Positions 8,926 through 21,449 are shown, counted from the first letter of the whole stretch. The stretch is DNA of 63,179 nucleotides, filler included, from Licmophora abbreviata (GCA_900291995.1; 19 parts of 19 records of this genome joined end to end with filler, not necessarily neighbours in it), one strand, 5' to 3'. Notes: a model not told the origin generated them from the letters alone. A program made the numbers and translations.

Positions 8926-9555
8926 ATGGACGCCGCTTTTCTCATAACCGCCTTCGTCACACTCTTCGTGATCATCGACCCGATCGGCATGACGCCGCTC
9001 TTCGTGGCGCTGACCCAAGGCATGAGCCCGGCCCGGCGCCGCGCCATCGCGCTGCGCGCCTGCGTGACATCGGCCCTGATCCTGATCGTCTTCGCGGCTT
9101 TCGGCGAACAGGTGCTGGGCTTCATCGGCATTTCCATGCCCGCCTTCCGCATCGCCGGCGGCATCCTGTTGTTCCTCACCGCTCTCGACATGCTCTTCGA
9201 GCGGCGCAGCAAGCGCCGCCAGGGTCAGGCCGAAGAGGCCGAGGAAGACGACGTCAACGACGATCCCTCGATCTTTCCCCTCGCCATTCCGCTGATCGCC
9301 GGCCCCGGCGCGATCGCCTCGGTGATCCTGCTGGCCGGTCAGCGCCCGGGCCTCGAAGGGCTGGCGCTTGTCAGCGGCGTCATGCTGAGCGTGATCGCAA
9401 TGGTGTTCGTGCTGTTCCTCACGTCCGGCCTGCTCGAACGCGCGCTCGGGCGCGTGGGTATCAACGTGGTCACCCGGCTTCTGGGGATGCTGCTGGCCGC
9501 GCTCGCGGTGCAATTCGTGCTCGACGGTTTGCGCGGGTTCGGACTGGCCGGGTGA
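8926..9555 (+). CDS. MarC family membrane protein
   Basis: IDPIG, FRIAGGILL, FPLAIPLIAGPGAI, TRLLGMLL. Confidence 0.92.
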   Translation: MDAAFLITAFVTLFVIIDPIGMTPLFVALTQGMSPARRRAIALRACVTSALILIVFAAFGEQVLGFIGISMPAFRIAGGILLFLTALDMLFERRSKRRQGQAEEAEEDDVNDDPSIFPLAIPLIAGPGAIASVILLAGQRPGLEGLALVSGVMLSVIAMVFVLFLTSGLLERALGRVGINVVTRLLGMLLAALAVQFVLDGLRGFGLAG

Positions 9556-9592
9556 TCTTTCCAATGCCCCGGCGCGCACCTATATCCCTCGC

Positions 9593-10174
9593 ATGACGGA
9601 TTTCGACTATGCTAGGCTGATCTATCTCGTGCTGCTCGGCGGCGCGATCCTCATGTGGTTCTTCGCCCAGAATCGCGCCTCTTTCGGCAAGCTCACCCAA
9701 CAGGCGCTGGTCTGGGGCCTGATCTTCGTGGGCGTGATCGCCGCCGTCGGCCTGTGGGACGACATCCGCCAGACGGTCCGCCCCACCCAGACGATCCTGG
9801 CTCAGGACAACCGGATCGAATTGCCCCGCGCGCCGGATGGTCACTACTACCTCACCGCCGAGATCAACGGCACGCCGGTTCGCTTCGTCGTCGACACCGG
9901 CGCCTCTCAAATCGTGCTGACCCGATCGGACGCCGCCCGTGCCGGGATCGACACCGCCGCCCTGGCCTATATCGGCCGTGCCAACACCGCCAATGGCACG
10001 GTGCGCACCGCTCCCGTGCGCCTTGACAGCATCGCCATCGGCCCGATCCACGACACCCGCGTGCGCGCCGTGGTCAATGAAGGCGCGATGGAGCATTCGC
10101 TGCTCGGCATGGACTACCTGCAGACCTTTTCCAGCGTCGAAATCGGAGGCGGCAAGCTGGTTCTCACGCGCTGA
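9593..10174 (+). CDS. clan AA (retropepsin-like) aspartic protease, TIGR02281 type
   Basis: Two N-terminal TM helices, DGHY, FVVDTGAS, TANG, SLLGMDYL. Confidence 0.9.
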   Translation: MTDFDYARLIYLVLLGGAILMWFFAQNRASFGKLTQQALVWGLIFVGVIAAVGLWDDIRQTVRPTQTILAQDNRIELPRAPDGHYYLTAEINGTPVRFVVDTGASQIVLTRSDAARAGIDTAALAYIGRANTANGTVRTAPVRLDSIAIGPIHDTRVRAVVNEGAMEHSLLGMDYLQTFSSVEIGGGKLVLTR

Positions 10175-10306
10175 GTCCCGCTGGTTTCTTCTGGCCCCAA
10201 NNNNNNNNNNNNNNNNNNNNNNNNNNNNNNNNNNNNNNNNNNNNTTAATTAATTAANNNNNNNNNNNNNNNNNNNNNNNNNNNNNNNNNNNNNNNNNNNN
10301 CCGGGT

Positions 10307-10765
10307 TCAGGCTTCGGCCTTTTTCTCCCAGCGGCCCGACTCCTCGGACCAGTATTGCGCGGAACAGCCCGCCGATGTCAGCGCCTTCCACTGGCCCCGT
10401 GCCCTTTGCAGCGCGGCCTCGTCATGCCCGTCGAACAGGATGCAGACCCGCTCCAGCCGGCTGACCTCATCGGGCGCCACCTCGGCCCCGTCCACCGCCA
10501 TCAGGCACAGTGCGCCATTGGGGATCTCCTCCGATACGGTCAGCAGCACCGGTTGATCGGCCTCATGCGGGCGTCCCGCCAGCCCATGCGGCAAAAACCC
10601 CTCCTCCGGGCCAAGCCACAGCCTCTCGTCCAGCCATTCGATCCGCGCCGCATCATGCCCGCGAACGATCACGCGCCAGCCCGCCTGACGCGCCTTGCCC
10701 AAAAGCATGGGAAGCGTCGCTTCCAGCGGGTGCCGCGTCAGGTGATAGAAAAAGGCCGCCCCCAT
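10307..10765 (-). CDS. holC: DNA polymerase III chi subunit
   Basis: FYHL, LDERLW..FLPHG, RARGQWK; start overlaps the pepA stop (TGATG). Confidence 0.92.
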   Translation of the reverse strand: MGAAFFYHLTRHPLEATLPMLLGKARQAGWRVIVRGHDAARIEWLDERLWLGPEEGFLPHGLAGRPHEADQPVLLTVSEEIPNGALCLMAVDGAEVAPDEVSRLERVCILFDGHDEAALQRARGQWKALTSAGCSAQYWSEESGRWEKKAEA

Positions 10766-12240
10766 CAGTCCTTCTCGAACATGTCCGCAACCAGCCGGTT
10801 GAGCGCCATGACGCCCCATCCCGACGCGCCCTTGGGGGCATAGCGCGTCTCGGACTTGACCGAGGTGACGCCCGCGATATCGAGATGGATCCACGGCACG
10901 CCGTCCTTGACGAAACGTTGGATGAACTGGGCCGCCGTGATCGACCCCGCAGGCCGTCCACCGATATTCTTCATGTCGGCGATGTCGGATTTCAGCATGT
11001 CGTCATATGCCTTGGCCAGCGGCATGCGCCAGGCCGATTCATCCTCGGCCTCGGCGGCCTTGAGAAACGCATTGCACAGCGTGTCGTCATTCGAAAACAC
11101 CCCTGCCTTTTCATGCCCGAGCGCGATGATCATCGCACCGGTCAGGGTGGCCAGATCGACAATGCCCGCCGGCTTGAACGTCTCCTGCGCGTACCAAAGC
11201 ACATCGGCCAGTACCAGCCGCCCCTCGGCATCGGTGTTGATCACCTCGATCGTGTCGCCCTTCATCGACGTGATCACGTCACCGGGGCGCGTTGCGCGAT
11301 CCGAGGGCATATTCTCCACCAGCCCGACAAGGCCCACCACATTGGCCTTGGCCTTGCGTTTGGCGATCGCGTGCATCGCGCCGCAGACGACACCCGCCCC
11401 GCCCATATCCATGGTCATGTCTTCCATGCCGGCCGCCGGCTTGAGGCTGATACCGCCGGTGTCGAACACCACACCCTTGCCGACCAGAGCCAGCGGAGCC
11501 GCCTTATCCGCCCCCCCGCGCCATTCCATGATGGCCAGCTTCGAGGGGCTGGCGCTGCCGTGACCCACCGACAAAAGAGCGCCCATGCGCAGCTTGCGCA
11601 TCGCCTCTTCCTCCAGCACGGTCACCTTCAGGCCCAGCTTCTCCATGTCCTTGATGCGATTGGCGAATTCCGTCGTCGTCAGGTGGTTTGCAGGCTCAGT
11701 GATCAGATCGCGCGAGAAAATCACCCCTTCGGCGACAGCGGCCAGCGGTGCGAAGGCCGCTTCCGCCTCATCGGGTTTGGCGGTCATGACCCGCACAGCG
11801 CCTTCCACGTCCTTGCCCTTGTCGGTCTTGTGTTCGGTGAACCGATAGCAGCGCAGCGCCATCCCGAGCGCCAGATCGGCGGGCCGCCGCACCGAGCCCG
11901 CCAGCACCAGCACATCCGCGCCGGATTTGACGCGCGCCAGCGCCACGCCCGCGCGGCGCGTCTCGGCCTGCTTGGCCCCACGATCGAGGCACAGAACATC
12001 CAGCGCCTCGGCTTTCATGCCGACAGGCCAGGCCAGCGTGCGCAGCTCGCCCGACTTCACCTTGCCCCAAACGTCGCTGTCGGTCAGCCGCTTCAGCCCC
12101 CCCTTGGTAAGGCGATTGACCCGGCGCGCGGCGGTATCGAGCTTGCCATCCGGTGTTACGATCACGGCCACGCGGCCATCGGCTTCGGCGATCTTCTCGA
12201 TATCGGTCTCTTCGAAGGTCACGTGCACGGGTGTCGTCAT
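10765..12240 (-). CDS. pepA: leucyl aminopeptidase (M17)
   Basis: GKGVVFDTGG, DMGGA, NTDAEGRL, DLATLTGA, WIHLDIAG. Confidence 0.95.
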   Translation of the reverse strand: MTTPVHVTFEETDIEKIAEADGRVAVIVTPDGKLDTAARRVNRLTKGGLKRLTDSDVWGKVKSGELRTLAWPVGMKAEALDVLCLDRGAKQAETRRAGVALARVKSGADVLVLAGSVRRPADLALGMALRCYRFTEHKTDKGKDVEGAVRVMTAKPDEAEAAFAPLAAVAEGVIFSRDLITEPANHLTTTEFANRIKDMEKLGLKVTVLEEEAMRKLRMGALLSVGHGSASPSKLAIMEWRGGADKAAPLALVGKGVVFDTGGISLKPAAGMEDMTMDMGGAGVVCGAMHAIAKRKAKANVVGLVGLVENMPSDRATRPGDVITSMKGDTIEVINTDAEGRLVLADVLWYAQETFKPAGIVDLATLTGAMIIALGHEKAGVFSNDDTLCNAFLKAAEAEDESAWRMPLAKAYDDMLKSDIADMKNIGGRPAGSITAAQFIQRFVKDGVPWIHLDIAGVTSVKSETRYAPKGASGWGVMALNRLVADMFEKD

Positions 12241-12366
12241 CTGTCGGCTCCTGTTTTTGATCTGCCCCAAGTCCTAGCGCGGCCATGCCGGGTTGACCAG
12301 TTAGCAGTTTTCCATCCCGTTCAATTCCGATAGGTTTCCCCAAAGTGCTACTTTTTGGGGGGACAC

Positions 12367-13530
12367 GTGACCAGATTCGACAGATACATGCTGTCGCAAT
12401 TCATGGTTCTGTTCGGTTTCTTTGCGCTCGTTCTGGTGTCCATATTCTGGATTAACAAGGCCGTGCGCATGTTCGACCGTCTGATCGGTGATGGACAGCC
12501 TGCCTGGGTGTTTCTTGAATTCACCGCTCTCACGCTTCCGGGCGTGATCGGCGTGATCCTGCCCATCGCGGCGTTCGCCGCGACCGTTTACGTGACCAAC
12601 CGCCTGAGCACCGAAAGCGAACTCACCGTGATGCAGGCGACCGGCTACTCACCCTGGCGGTTGATGCGTCCGGTGATCGTGTTCGGCATCCTCATTGCAC
12701 TGATGATGTCCCTGCTCACGCATTTCCTCATTCCGTCAAGCCTCAGTCAATTGCGCCTGAGGCAGGACGAGGTCAGCCAGAACATCACCGCAAAACTGCT
12801 CACCGAGGGCGAATTCCTGCATCCGGCCCCCGGCATCACCTTCTATATCCGCGACATCACGCCCGACGGCGAATTGCACAATGTGTTCATGTCCGACAGG
12901 CGCGACACTGAAAACACGATGACCTATACCTCCAATCGCGCCTATCTCATCCAAGACCCCGAGGGCGGCACGAAACTTTTGATGGTCGACGGTCTTGCCC
13001 AGAATGTGCGCCGCGACGGAAACCGTCTCTTCACCACGCATTTCAACGATTTCTCCTACGATATCAGCGCGCTTATTGCCTCCGAAGCGACAAGCCTCGA
13101 CAAGGTGACCTTTGCCCATACCCTCGACATGGCGCGCGACCCTCAGGCCGTGGCGGAGCGCACACTTTCGACGGTGTCGCAGGTCATCTTCGAGCTGAAC
13201 AACAGGTTCAGCCAGCCGCTCTTGTGCATCGTCGCCGCGATGATCGGTTTCGCGTCACTTTTGCTGGGTGGCTTCAGCCGTTTCGGCGTGTGGCGGCAGA
13301 TCCTGCTGGCCTTCACGCTGCTGATTCTGGTCAAGCTGGTGGAAAGCCGGGTGTCGGGTCTGGTGCTGATACATGCGGATCTTTGGCCGCTGATGTATCT
13401 GCCCGCCGCCCTTGGTACGCTGATCACCGCCGTTTTGCTGCGTCTTGCCGCGCGTCCCGCCTTTGGCCGCAGATTGCGTGACCGTTTCCGGCGCCGTCCC
13501 CTTCCCGAGCTCGAGGACGGCACCGCATGA
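12367..13530 (+). CDS. lptF: LPS export ABC permease LptF
   Basis: YjgP/YjgQ topology, ESELTVMQATG; GTG start; divergent from pepA. Confidence 0.9.
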   Translation: MTRFDRYMLSQFMVLFGFFALVLVSIFWINKAVRMFDRLIGDGQPAWVFLEFTALTLPGVIGVILPIAAFAATVYVTNRLSTESELTVMQATGYSPWRLMRPVIVFGILIALMMSLLTHFLIPSSLSQLRLRQDEVSQNITAKLLTEGEFLHPAPGITFYIRDITPDGELHNVFMSDRRDTENTMTYTSNRAYLIQDPEGGTKLLMVDGLAQNVRRDGNRLFTTHFNDFSYDISALIASEATSLDKVTFAHTLDMARDPQAVAERTLSTVSQVIFELNNRFSQPLLCIVAAMIGFASLLLGGFSRFGVWRQILLAFTLLILVKLVESRVSGLVLIHADLWPLMYLPAALGTLITAVLLRLAARPAFGRRLRDRFRRRPLPELEDGTA

Positions 13531-14618
13531 CCTTGCATTTATATCTCGCGCGGCGGTTCCTGTTGACCTTTCTTGCGATCTTTTCGGTCTTCGTGATCCT
13601 CCTGTTCCTGATCGATATCGTTAAGGAAATGCAGGATTTCCCGGCATTCCCCTTCAGCGAAATCCTCGAGATCGCGCTGCTCAAGGCACCGAGCGCCAAT
13701 TACGAGATCCTGCCCCTGATCGTCATCCTGGCAACCGTGGCGCTGTTTCTGCGGATGTCTCGCAATTCCGAACTGGTGGTTGTGCGCGCCTCAGGGCGAT
13801 CTGCGATCCGCGCGCTGGTCGCGCCGCTTGTCGTGGCGGGGCTGATCGGCGTGGTATCCGTGACCATGCTCAACCCGATCGTGGCCGCATCCGCCAAGCG
13901 GCATAACGATCTGATGAACTCCTATCTGGGATGGAGCATCAACATCATGGCCATCGCCCCCGAGGGGCTGTGGCTCCGCCAGGGAAGCGAAACCGGACAG
14001 ACGGTGATTCATGCCGAACGCGCCAGCTCGGATGTCAGCACGCTTTACAACACCACCTTCATCGCCTTCGGGCTGGATGGCACACCACAGCGCCGGATCA
14101 CCGCCGCAAGCGCCACGCTTGGCGATGGCGAATGGCGCCTCGCCGATGCCAAGCTTTGGGATCTATCCAGCGGCATCAACCCGGAAAGCACCGCCCAGGA
14201 ACTGGACAGCTATTCGGTTCCCTCCGCCCTCACCCAGGACCGGATCATCGACAGCTTCGGCAAGCCCGAATACATCTCGATCTGGGATCTTCCGAAATTC
14301 ATCGGACAGCTCGAGGAGTCGGGCTTTTCCGCGCGTCGCTACGCCGTCTGGATGCAGACAGAATTGGCGCGCCCGCTCTTCCTGATTGCTCTTGTCATGG
14401 CGGCGGCGGCCTTCACGATGCGCCATTCGCGGCTTCATAACACCGGCGTGTCGGTGCTTACCGCCATCATGCTGGGCTTCGGTCTGCATTACATCCGGAA
14501 CTTCGCCCAGATCCTTGGGGAAAACGGCCAGATCCCCATCATGTTGGCGGCATGGGCGCCCCCTGTCGCCGCATTTCTGCTGGCGCTCGGCATCCTTCTG
14601 CACATGGAGGAAGGATGA
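13527..14618 (+). CDS. lptG: LPS export ABC permease LptG
   Basis: NSELVVVRASG, GLWLRQG, LAAWAP; ATGA overlap with lptF. Confidence 0.9.
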   Translation: MTLHLYLARRFLLTFLAIFSVFVILLFLIDIVKEMQDFPAFPFSEILEIALLKAPSANYEILPLIVILATVALFLRMSRNSELVVVRASGRSAIRALVAPLVVAGLIGVVSVTMLNPIVAASAKRHNDLMNSYLGWSINIMAIAPEGLWLRQGSETGQTVIHAERASSDVSTLYNTTFIAFGLDGTPQRRITAASATLGDGEWRLADAKLWDLSSGINPESTAQELDSYSVPSALTQDRIIDSFGKPEYISIWDLPKFIGQLEESGFSARRYAVWMQTELARPLFLIALVMAAAAFTMRHSRLHNTGVSVLTAIMLGFGLHYIRNFAQILGENGQIPIMLAAWAPPVAAFLLALGILLHMEEG

Positions 14619-16878
14619 ACCGACGCCTGCCTGCCCTCGTCTTGAGCCTTGCGCTCGGCCTTTGGCCGGCGACCGGCATGACACAAGACGCAANNNNNNN
14701 NNNNNNNNNNNNNNNNNNNNNNNNNNNNNNNNNNNNNTTAATTAATTAANNNNNNNNNNNNNNNNNNNNNNNNNNNNNNNNNNNNNNNNNNNNCTGTTGG
14801 CCGATGACGTGCGGCTCATGGCTGACGACCGGCTGGTTGCCTCCGGCAATGTCGAGGCGATGTATGACAATCAGCGCCTGCAGGCCAAGTCCATCACCTA
14901 TGATCAGAAGACCGACACTCTGACGATCGAAGGCCCGATCATCCTGCAACAGGGCGACAGCACACTCGTGCTGGCCGATGCCGGAGAGCTGGACCGCGAG
15001 ATGCGCAATGGCCTGTTGACCGGCGCGCGCGTCGTGCTGGAAAGCCAGGTTCAGCTGGCCGCCAACGCAATGGTGACGGTCGAAGGCCGATATTCGCAGC
15101 TGTACAAAACCGCCGTGACCTCGTGCCGGATCTGCGAAACAGGGCGCCCGCCCCTATGGCAGATCCGCGCGCGAAAGGTCGTCCATGACCAGCAGGAGCG
15201 GCAGCTCTATTTTTCGGATGCCCAGCTTCGCGTGCTGGACATGCCGGTCTTCTACCTGCCGCGCCTACGCCTTCCGGACCCAACCCTCGAACGCGCGACG
15301 GGCTTTCTTCTGCCCTCGATCATCAATTCCTCGCTGCTGGGGACGGGGCTGAAATTACCCTATTTCATCAAGATCGGCGATCACCGGGATCTCACGCTTA
15401 CACCGTTTCTGACCAACAAGAGCCGCACACTGGAATTCAGATACAGGCAGGCGTTCCATAATGGCGACCTGTTGATCCGCGGCGCGGTCACCGATGATGA
15501 CATCGGGATCGATCCGACGCGCGGCTATCTGTTCGCCATAGGCCGGTTCGACCTCAAACGGGATTTCGAGCTGACATTCGACGTGGAGGTGGCAAGCGAC
15601 GACGCCTATCTGTTCGACTACGGCTATTCCTACAAGGACTGGCTCGACAGCGAGATCGCCATCGAACGCGCGAGGCGCGATGAATTCATCCGAGGCGCGC
15701 TGACATATTATCATTCCCAACGACTCGGACAGTCAAATTCGACCCTCCCCACCATCGTTGGAAATGCCCAATATGAAAAACGCCTCTTTCCCGAACGGAT
15801 CGGCGGAGAATTGCGCTTCGGCGCGCAGGCGCACGGCCATTATCGCTCATCCAATCTGCGCACCGACGGGGCGGACCTCGACATATGGGCCGATGGCCGC
15901 GACATGCTGCGGTTCACCGCAAGTGCCGACTGGCTGCGCAACTGGGCCTTGCCCTCGGGCGTCCTTGCCGAGGTTCAGGCAGGGCTGGCGATCGACCATT
16001 TCGACGTGACCCAAGGCGGCGGGATCGGCCTGTCCTCGGCGACCCAAGTGACGCCCTCCACTTCGGTTCAACTGCGCTGGCCGCTTGTCAAGTCTTCGGC
16101 CAACGGTGTGACGCAGGTGATCGAACCGGTGGCGCAACTGTCTTGGGTCGGCGGCTCCAACCCTGCGATACCGAATGACGAAAGCACGCAGATCGAGTTC
16201 GACGAAGGCAATCTGTTCAGCCTGTCGCGCTATTCCGCACCCGATCGCCGTGAACGTGGTTTGAACGCCGCCTACGGCGTGCAATGGACACGTTTCGACC
16301 CCGATGGCTGGGAGGCTTCGCTGGCCTTCGGTCAGGTGTTCCGCAATGAGCGCGAGATCGAAGCCACCGGCGTGCCCTCCCTCACCGACAGTTCCGGCCT
16401 GCAAGACAGGTTCTCGGATGTGCTGTTTGCCGGTCAGTACAAGACGCAAAATGGCCTGACCTTCACCGCCCGCGGACTGTTTGACGACGGGTTCAGGGCC
16501 ACCAAGGCCGAGGCCCGCGCCAGTTGGTACACTGACCGCACCAGCCTCTCGGGCACGTATATCTGGCTGCGCAACGATCCCGCCGAACAGCGCCCCGACA
16601 ACGTCTCGGAATGGAGCTTCAGCGGCAGCTACCGGCTTGCACGCCATTGGACAGGCCGGGCGAACTGGCGCTATGACGTGGCCCGCGACATTCCTGTGTC
16701 CAGCGGCCTTGGCCTGACCTACACCAACGAATGTGTGGAACTGTCGGTTAATGCCTCGCGTTGGTACAGCTCTTCCACTATCTTGCAAGAGACCACGAAT
16801 ATCACGTTCACAGTCGCGCTGTTGGGCTTTACTACCAAGACTCAGGAAAACAGCTACACGCGAACATGCAAAAACTAG
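14615..16878 (+). CDS. lptD: LPS assembly outer-membrane protein LptD; gap at 14694-14793
   Basis: Signal peptide at 14615, TSC..PLWQIRA, PVFYLP..RATGFLLP, beta-barrel body, YTNEC. Confidence 0.92.
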
Positions 16879-16883
16879 GCAGT

Positions 16884-18274
16884 ATGAGACCCAGAATGCG
16901 CAAATTTCTCGCAGCACTTGCCCTCCCCGCCGTAATGGCCACATCCATGAGCTGGGGGATCGCCGCACCTGCCTCTGCGCAGAACCTGTTCGCGCCGGTG
17001 GTCAAGGTCAATGATCAGGCAATCACCGGCTATGAAATCCAGCAACGCGCACGCATGCTCACCCTGTTCCGGTCGCCCGGCAACCCCGTGGAGCTGGCCC
17101 GCGAGCAGCTGATCGAAGAACGCCTCAAGGTGGACGCGGCGCGCGCCGCCGGGCTTGTCCTCGAAGATGCCGATATTCGTGTCGGCATGGAGGAATTCGC
17201 CAGCCGCGCCAACATGACGGCCGAAGAATTCATNNNNNNNNNNNNNNNNNNNNNNNNNNNNNNNNNNNNNNNNNNNNTTAATTAATTAANNNNNNNNNNN
17301 NNNNNNNNNNNNNNNNNNNNNNNNNNNNNNNNNAGGAATTCGCCAGCCGCGCCAACATGACGGCCGAAGAATTCATCGGCGCCCTCGAAGGCGCCGGGGT
17401 ATCGGAACAAAGCTACCGTGAATTCGTGCGCGCCGGCATGACATGGCGCGAATTGGTGCGCGCCCGTTTCGCCCCGCGCGTTTCGGTCAGCGATGCGGAT
17501 CTCGAACGCGCCCGTGCCGCCCTGACCGAGGACAGCGGCGTGCGTGTGCTGCTGTCCGAGATCATCATGCCGATCACACCGCAGGACGCCGAAGAGGTGC
17601 AGGATCGCGCCGCCCGCATATCCGAGCTCGACTCGATCTCCGCGTTCTCGGCCGAAGCACAGCGATATTCCGCATCCGCCACCGCGGCGCGTGGCGGGCG
17701 GCTGGACTGGATGTCGATCACCAACCTGCCCCCGCAACTGCGCCCCGTGATCCTGGCCCTTGGACCCGGCGATGTCAGCGATCCTCTTCCCATCGAAGGG
17801 GCCGTGGCCCTGTTCCAGCTGCGTGACATCGAAGAAACAGACACCCCGGAACCTGACTACGCCGCCATCGAATATGCGACCTATTACATCGCAGGCGGTC
17901 GCAGCGAACAGGCGCTGGCTCGTGCCGCGCGGGTGCGTGCGGATATCGACACCTGCGACGATCTTTACGGCATCGCCAAGGGCGAACCCGCCGAGGTTCT
18001 GGAGCGTGGCTCCTACGCCCCCGACGAGCTGCCTCAGGACATCGCGATCGAACTGGCCAAGCTTGATCCCGGCGAGGTCTCGACCAACCTGACCCGGTCG
18101 AACGGGCAAACCCTCGTCTTCCTGATGCTCTGCGGCCGGACCCCTGCCCTCGAAGGCGAAGGGCCCTCGGCAGAGCAACTGACCAACCTGATCCGGAACC
18201 GTCGGATCGACTCCTTCGCCGACGGCTATCTCGCGCAGCTGCGCGCCGAAGCGCGCATCATCGAGCTGGAATGA
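16884..18274 (+). CDS. surA: SurA-family periplasmic chaperone/PPIase; spurious gap at 17234-17333
   Basis: Signal peptide, VNDQAIT, GGRLDW, LAQLRAEARI; lptD-surA-pdxA-rsmA order; about 43 bp repeated on both sides of the linker. Confidence 0.88.
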
Positions 18275-19251
18275 CCGGCCCTGTCGCGCTGTGCTGCGGC
18301 GAGCCGTCCGGGATCGGCCCCGAACTCGCGGCCAAGGCCTGGCGCGCGCTCGGACCTGATCTGCCCTTCGTGCTGATCGGCGACCCCTCGCATCTGCCGC
18401 CCGGCACGCCCGTGGCCGAAATTACTGACCCGGCCTTGGCCGCAGATGCGGCGCGGCGCGGCCTTCCGGTTCTGCGCCACAACTTTCCCGGCCCGGCCAC
18501 GCCCGGCACCCCGGACCCGCGCCATGCGCAGGCGGTGATCGACGTCATCGCGCGCGGCGTCGATCTGGTGCGCTCGGGCCAGGCGCGCGCGCTCTGCACC
18601 GCCCCCATTCACAAGAAGGCACTGCAGGACGGCGCGGGCTTTCGCTATCCGGGCCATACCGAATATCTGGCCGCGCTTGCCGGCACCGCCCGTGTCGTGA
18701 TGATGCTCGCCTCTCCGGCGCTTCGCGTGGTGCCAACGACCATCCATATCCCGCTGGCTGAAGTACCGCGCGCGCTGACCGCCGAGCTTCTGGAGGACAC
18801 GCTGCGCATCACCCACGAGGCGCTGATCCGCGATTTCGACATTCCACACCCGCGCATCGCCGTGGCGGGCCTCAACCCGCATGCCGGCGAAGGCGGCGCG
18901 ATGGGCCGCGAAGAGATCGACCTGATCGCGCCGCTGCTCGAGCGGATGCGCGCCGCAGGCTTCGACCTTCAAGGCCCGATGTCGGCGGACACGATGTTTC
19001 ACGCGCCTGCGCGCGCGACCTATGATGCTGCGGTCTGCATGTATCACGATCAGGCGCTGATCCCGATCAAGACACTGGATTTCGACCGGGGCGTGAACAT
19101 CACCCTCGGGCTGCCCTTCATCCGCACCTCGCCCGATCATGGCACCGCCATGGACATCGCCGGGCGCGACCTGGCCAATCCCTCCTCGATGATCGAGGCG
19201 CTGAAGATGGCCCATACCATGGGCGCGGCGCGCGCGGCGGCCACGCCATGA
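18271..19251 (+). CDS. pdxA: 4-hydroxythreonine-4-phosphate dehydrogenase
   Basis: [36 protein letters not shown]. Confidence 0.96.
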   Translation: MTGPVALCCGEPSGIGPELAAKAWRALGPDLPFVLIGDPSHLPPGTPVAEITDPALAADAARRGLPVLRHNFPGPATPGTPDPRHAQAVIDVIARGVDLVRSGQARALCTAPIHKKALQDGAGFRYPGHTEYLAALAGTARVVMMLASPALRVVPTTIHIPLAEVPRALTAELLEDTLRITHEALIRDFDIPHPRIAVAGLNPHAGEGGAMGREEIDLIAPLLERMRAAGFDLQGPMSADTMFHAPARATYDAAVCMYHDQALIPIKTLDFDRGVNITLGLPFIRTSPDHGTAMDIAGRDLANPSSMIEALKMAHTMGAARAAATP

Positions 19252-19843
19252 GCGCCATCGACACCCTTCCCCCCCTGCGCGACGTCATCGCCCAGCATGG
19301 CCTCAGTGCGCGCAAGGCGCTTGGCCAGAACTTCCTGCTCGATCTCAACCTGACCTCCAAGATCGCGCGCGCAGCAGGCGATCTGACAGGCTCGGACGTG
19401 CTGGAAATCGGCCCCGGACCCGGCGGGCTGACACGTGGCCTGCTGGCCGAAGGGGCGCGCCACGTGCTCGCGATCGAAAAGGACGCGCGCTGCCTGCCCG
19501 CCCTCGACGACATCGCGCAGGCCTATCCCGGGCGGCTGACCGTGCTCAACGCCGATGCGCTGCAGGTCGACCCCCTGACCCATCTCACACCCCCCATCAA
19601 GGTGGTGGCCAACCTGCCCTACAATGTCGGAACCGAGCTTTTGATCCGCTGGCTCACCCCCGCGGAATGGCCTCCTGTCTGGGACAGCCTGACGCTGATG
19701 TTCCAGCGCGAAGTGGCCGAACGCATCGTGGCGCAGCCCGGATCGAAAGCCTATGGCAGGCTCGCGCTTCTGGCGCAATGGCGCTGCGAGGCACGGATCG
19801 TGATGCACCTGCCCGCTTCGGCATTCACCCCGCCGCCCAAAGT
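19248..19843 (+). CDS. rsmA: 16S rRNA adenine dimethyltransferase; 3' part lost in gap
   Basis: [34 protein letters not shown]. Confidence 0.95.
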
Positions 19844-19943
19844 NNNNNNNNNNNNNNNNNNNNNNNNNNNNNNNNNNNNNNNNNNNNTTAATTAATTAAN
19901 NNNNNNNNNNNNNNNNNNNNNNNNNNNNNNNNNNNNNNNNNNN

Positions 19944-20338
19944 CGTTCCGCCAGCAGGCTCAGCAGAATGCAGCCAGATCCCGTCCCGAGATCCAGAACC
20001 CGGCTGAAGGCCACGCCAAGGGCGCGTTCCACAAGGATTTCCGTCTCGGGCCTCGGGTCCAGAACCCTGGCATCGACAGCAAAGCGCCGCCCGTAAAATT
20101 CGCGGTACCCCAGAAGATGCGCCATCGGCTCGCCCGCAGCCCGGCGCTGCGCCAGCCCCGCAGCCGCCGCCAGATCGCCCGCCTGCAAGGCCTCGGGCGC
20201 CAATATCGTCATCCGGCCCGGCGCCACATCCAGCACATGCGCAAGGATCAGCCGCGCCTCGCGCGCCGGATCCTCCACCCTGCCCTGCGCCAGATCCCGG
20301 GTCAGGCGTCTAAGCCCGTCCTGAACCGATCCGCTCAC
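19944..20338 (-). CDS. prmC: release factor glutamine methyltransferase; 3' part lost in gap
   Basis: [26 protein letters not shown]; coupled to prfA. Confidence 0.93.
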
Positions 20339-21390
20339 CCGCCCATCTCCGCCAAAAGCGTGGCCTGGGCATCCGCGCGCAAGGCGTCGATCACCTCGTC
20401 CAGATCACCCTGCATGACCTGATCCAGCTTGTAGAGCGTCAGGTTGATCCGGTGATCGGTCATCCGCCCTTGCGGGAAATTATACGTCCGGATGCGCTCG
20501 GACCGATCGCCCGTGCCCACCTGCGCCGCACGGCTGGCCGAGCGTTCGTCGGCCGCGCGCTGGCGTTCCAAGTCATAAAGCCGGGTCTTGAGCACCTGCA
20601 TCGCGATCTCGCGATTGCGGTGTTGCGATTTTTCCGAACTGGTCACGACGATCCCGGTGGGCAGATGCGTGATCCGCACCGCCGAATCCGTCGTGTTGAC
20701 ATGCTGACCGCCCGCGCCGGAACTGCGCATCGTGTCGATCCGCAGATCGCCCGGATCGATCTGCACATCCACATCCTCGGCCTCGGGCAGAACGGCAACG
20801 GTCGCGGCGCTGGTATGGATACGCCCGCCGCTTTCGGTTTCCGGCACCCGTTGCACCCTGTGCACACCGGATTCGAACTTCAGCCGTGCAAAGACATGAT
20901 CGCCCGCGACACGCGCGATAACCTCCTTGATGCCGCCCAACTCGGTCTCGCTTTGCTCGATGATCTCGAAGCTCCAGCCCCGGCTCTCGGCATAGCGGTG
21001 ATACATCCGCAGAAGATCGCCCGCGAAAAGCGCCGCCTCCTCGCCGCCCGTTCCGGGCCGGATTTCAAGGATCGCCGGGCGTGCATCGGCCTTGTCCTTG
21101 GGCAACAAGGCCAGTTGCAGCTGCTCTTCCAACTTGGGTTTGCGCGCTTGCAGCGCGGCCAGCTCTTCCTCGGCCAGATCGCGCATTTCCGGGTCCGCCA
21201 GCATCGCGCGCGCCGCCTCGAGATCGTCCAGAACCTGCCGATAGGCGCGGATTTCCTCGACCACCGGACGCAGCTCGGCATATTCACGGCCCAGCTTGGC
21301 GATATCTCCGCCGCCCGCAGACATCTGCGCCTCGAGATACTCGAAGCGTTGCAGGATCTCATTCAATCTGTCCAAGGGTACCATGGTCAT
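20335..21390 (-). CDS. prfA: peptide chain release factor 1
   Basis: [14 protein letters not shown] (PxT), [18 protein letters not shown]. Confidence 0.97.
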   Translation of the reverse strand: MTMVPLDRLNEILQRFEYLEAQMSAGGGDIAKLGREYAELRPVVEEIRAYRQVLDDLEAARAMLADPEMRDLAEEELAALQARKPKLEEQLQLALLPKDKADARPAILEIRPGTGGEEAALFAGDLLRMYHRYAESRGWSFEIIEQSETELGGIKEVIARVAGDHVFARLKFESGVHRVQRVPETESGGRIHTSAATVAVLPEAEDVDVQIDPGDLRIDTMRSSGAGGQHVNTTDSAVRITHLPTGIVVTSSEKSQHRNREIAMQVLKTRLYDLERQRAADERSASRAAQVGTGDRSERIRTYNFPQGRMTDHRINLTLYKLDQVMQGDLDEVIDALRADAQATLLAEMGG

Positions 21391-21449
21391 CGCATCTGCC
21401 GCGTTCGTGGGGTTTGGTCAAGGCGAAAGCCTGTGCTATTCTGGCCACC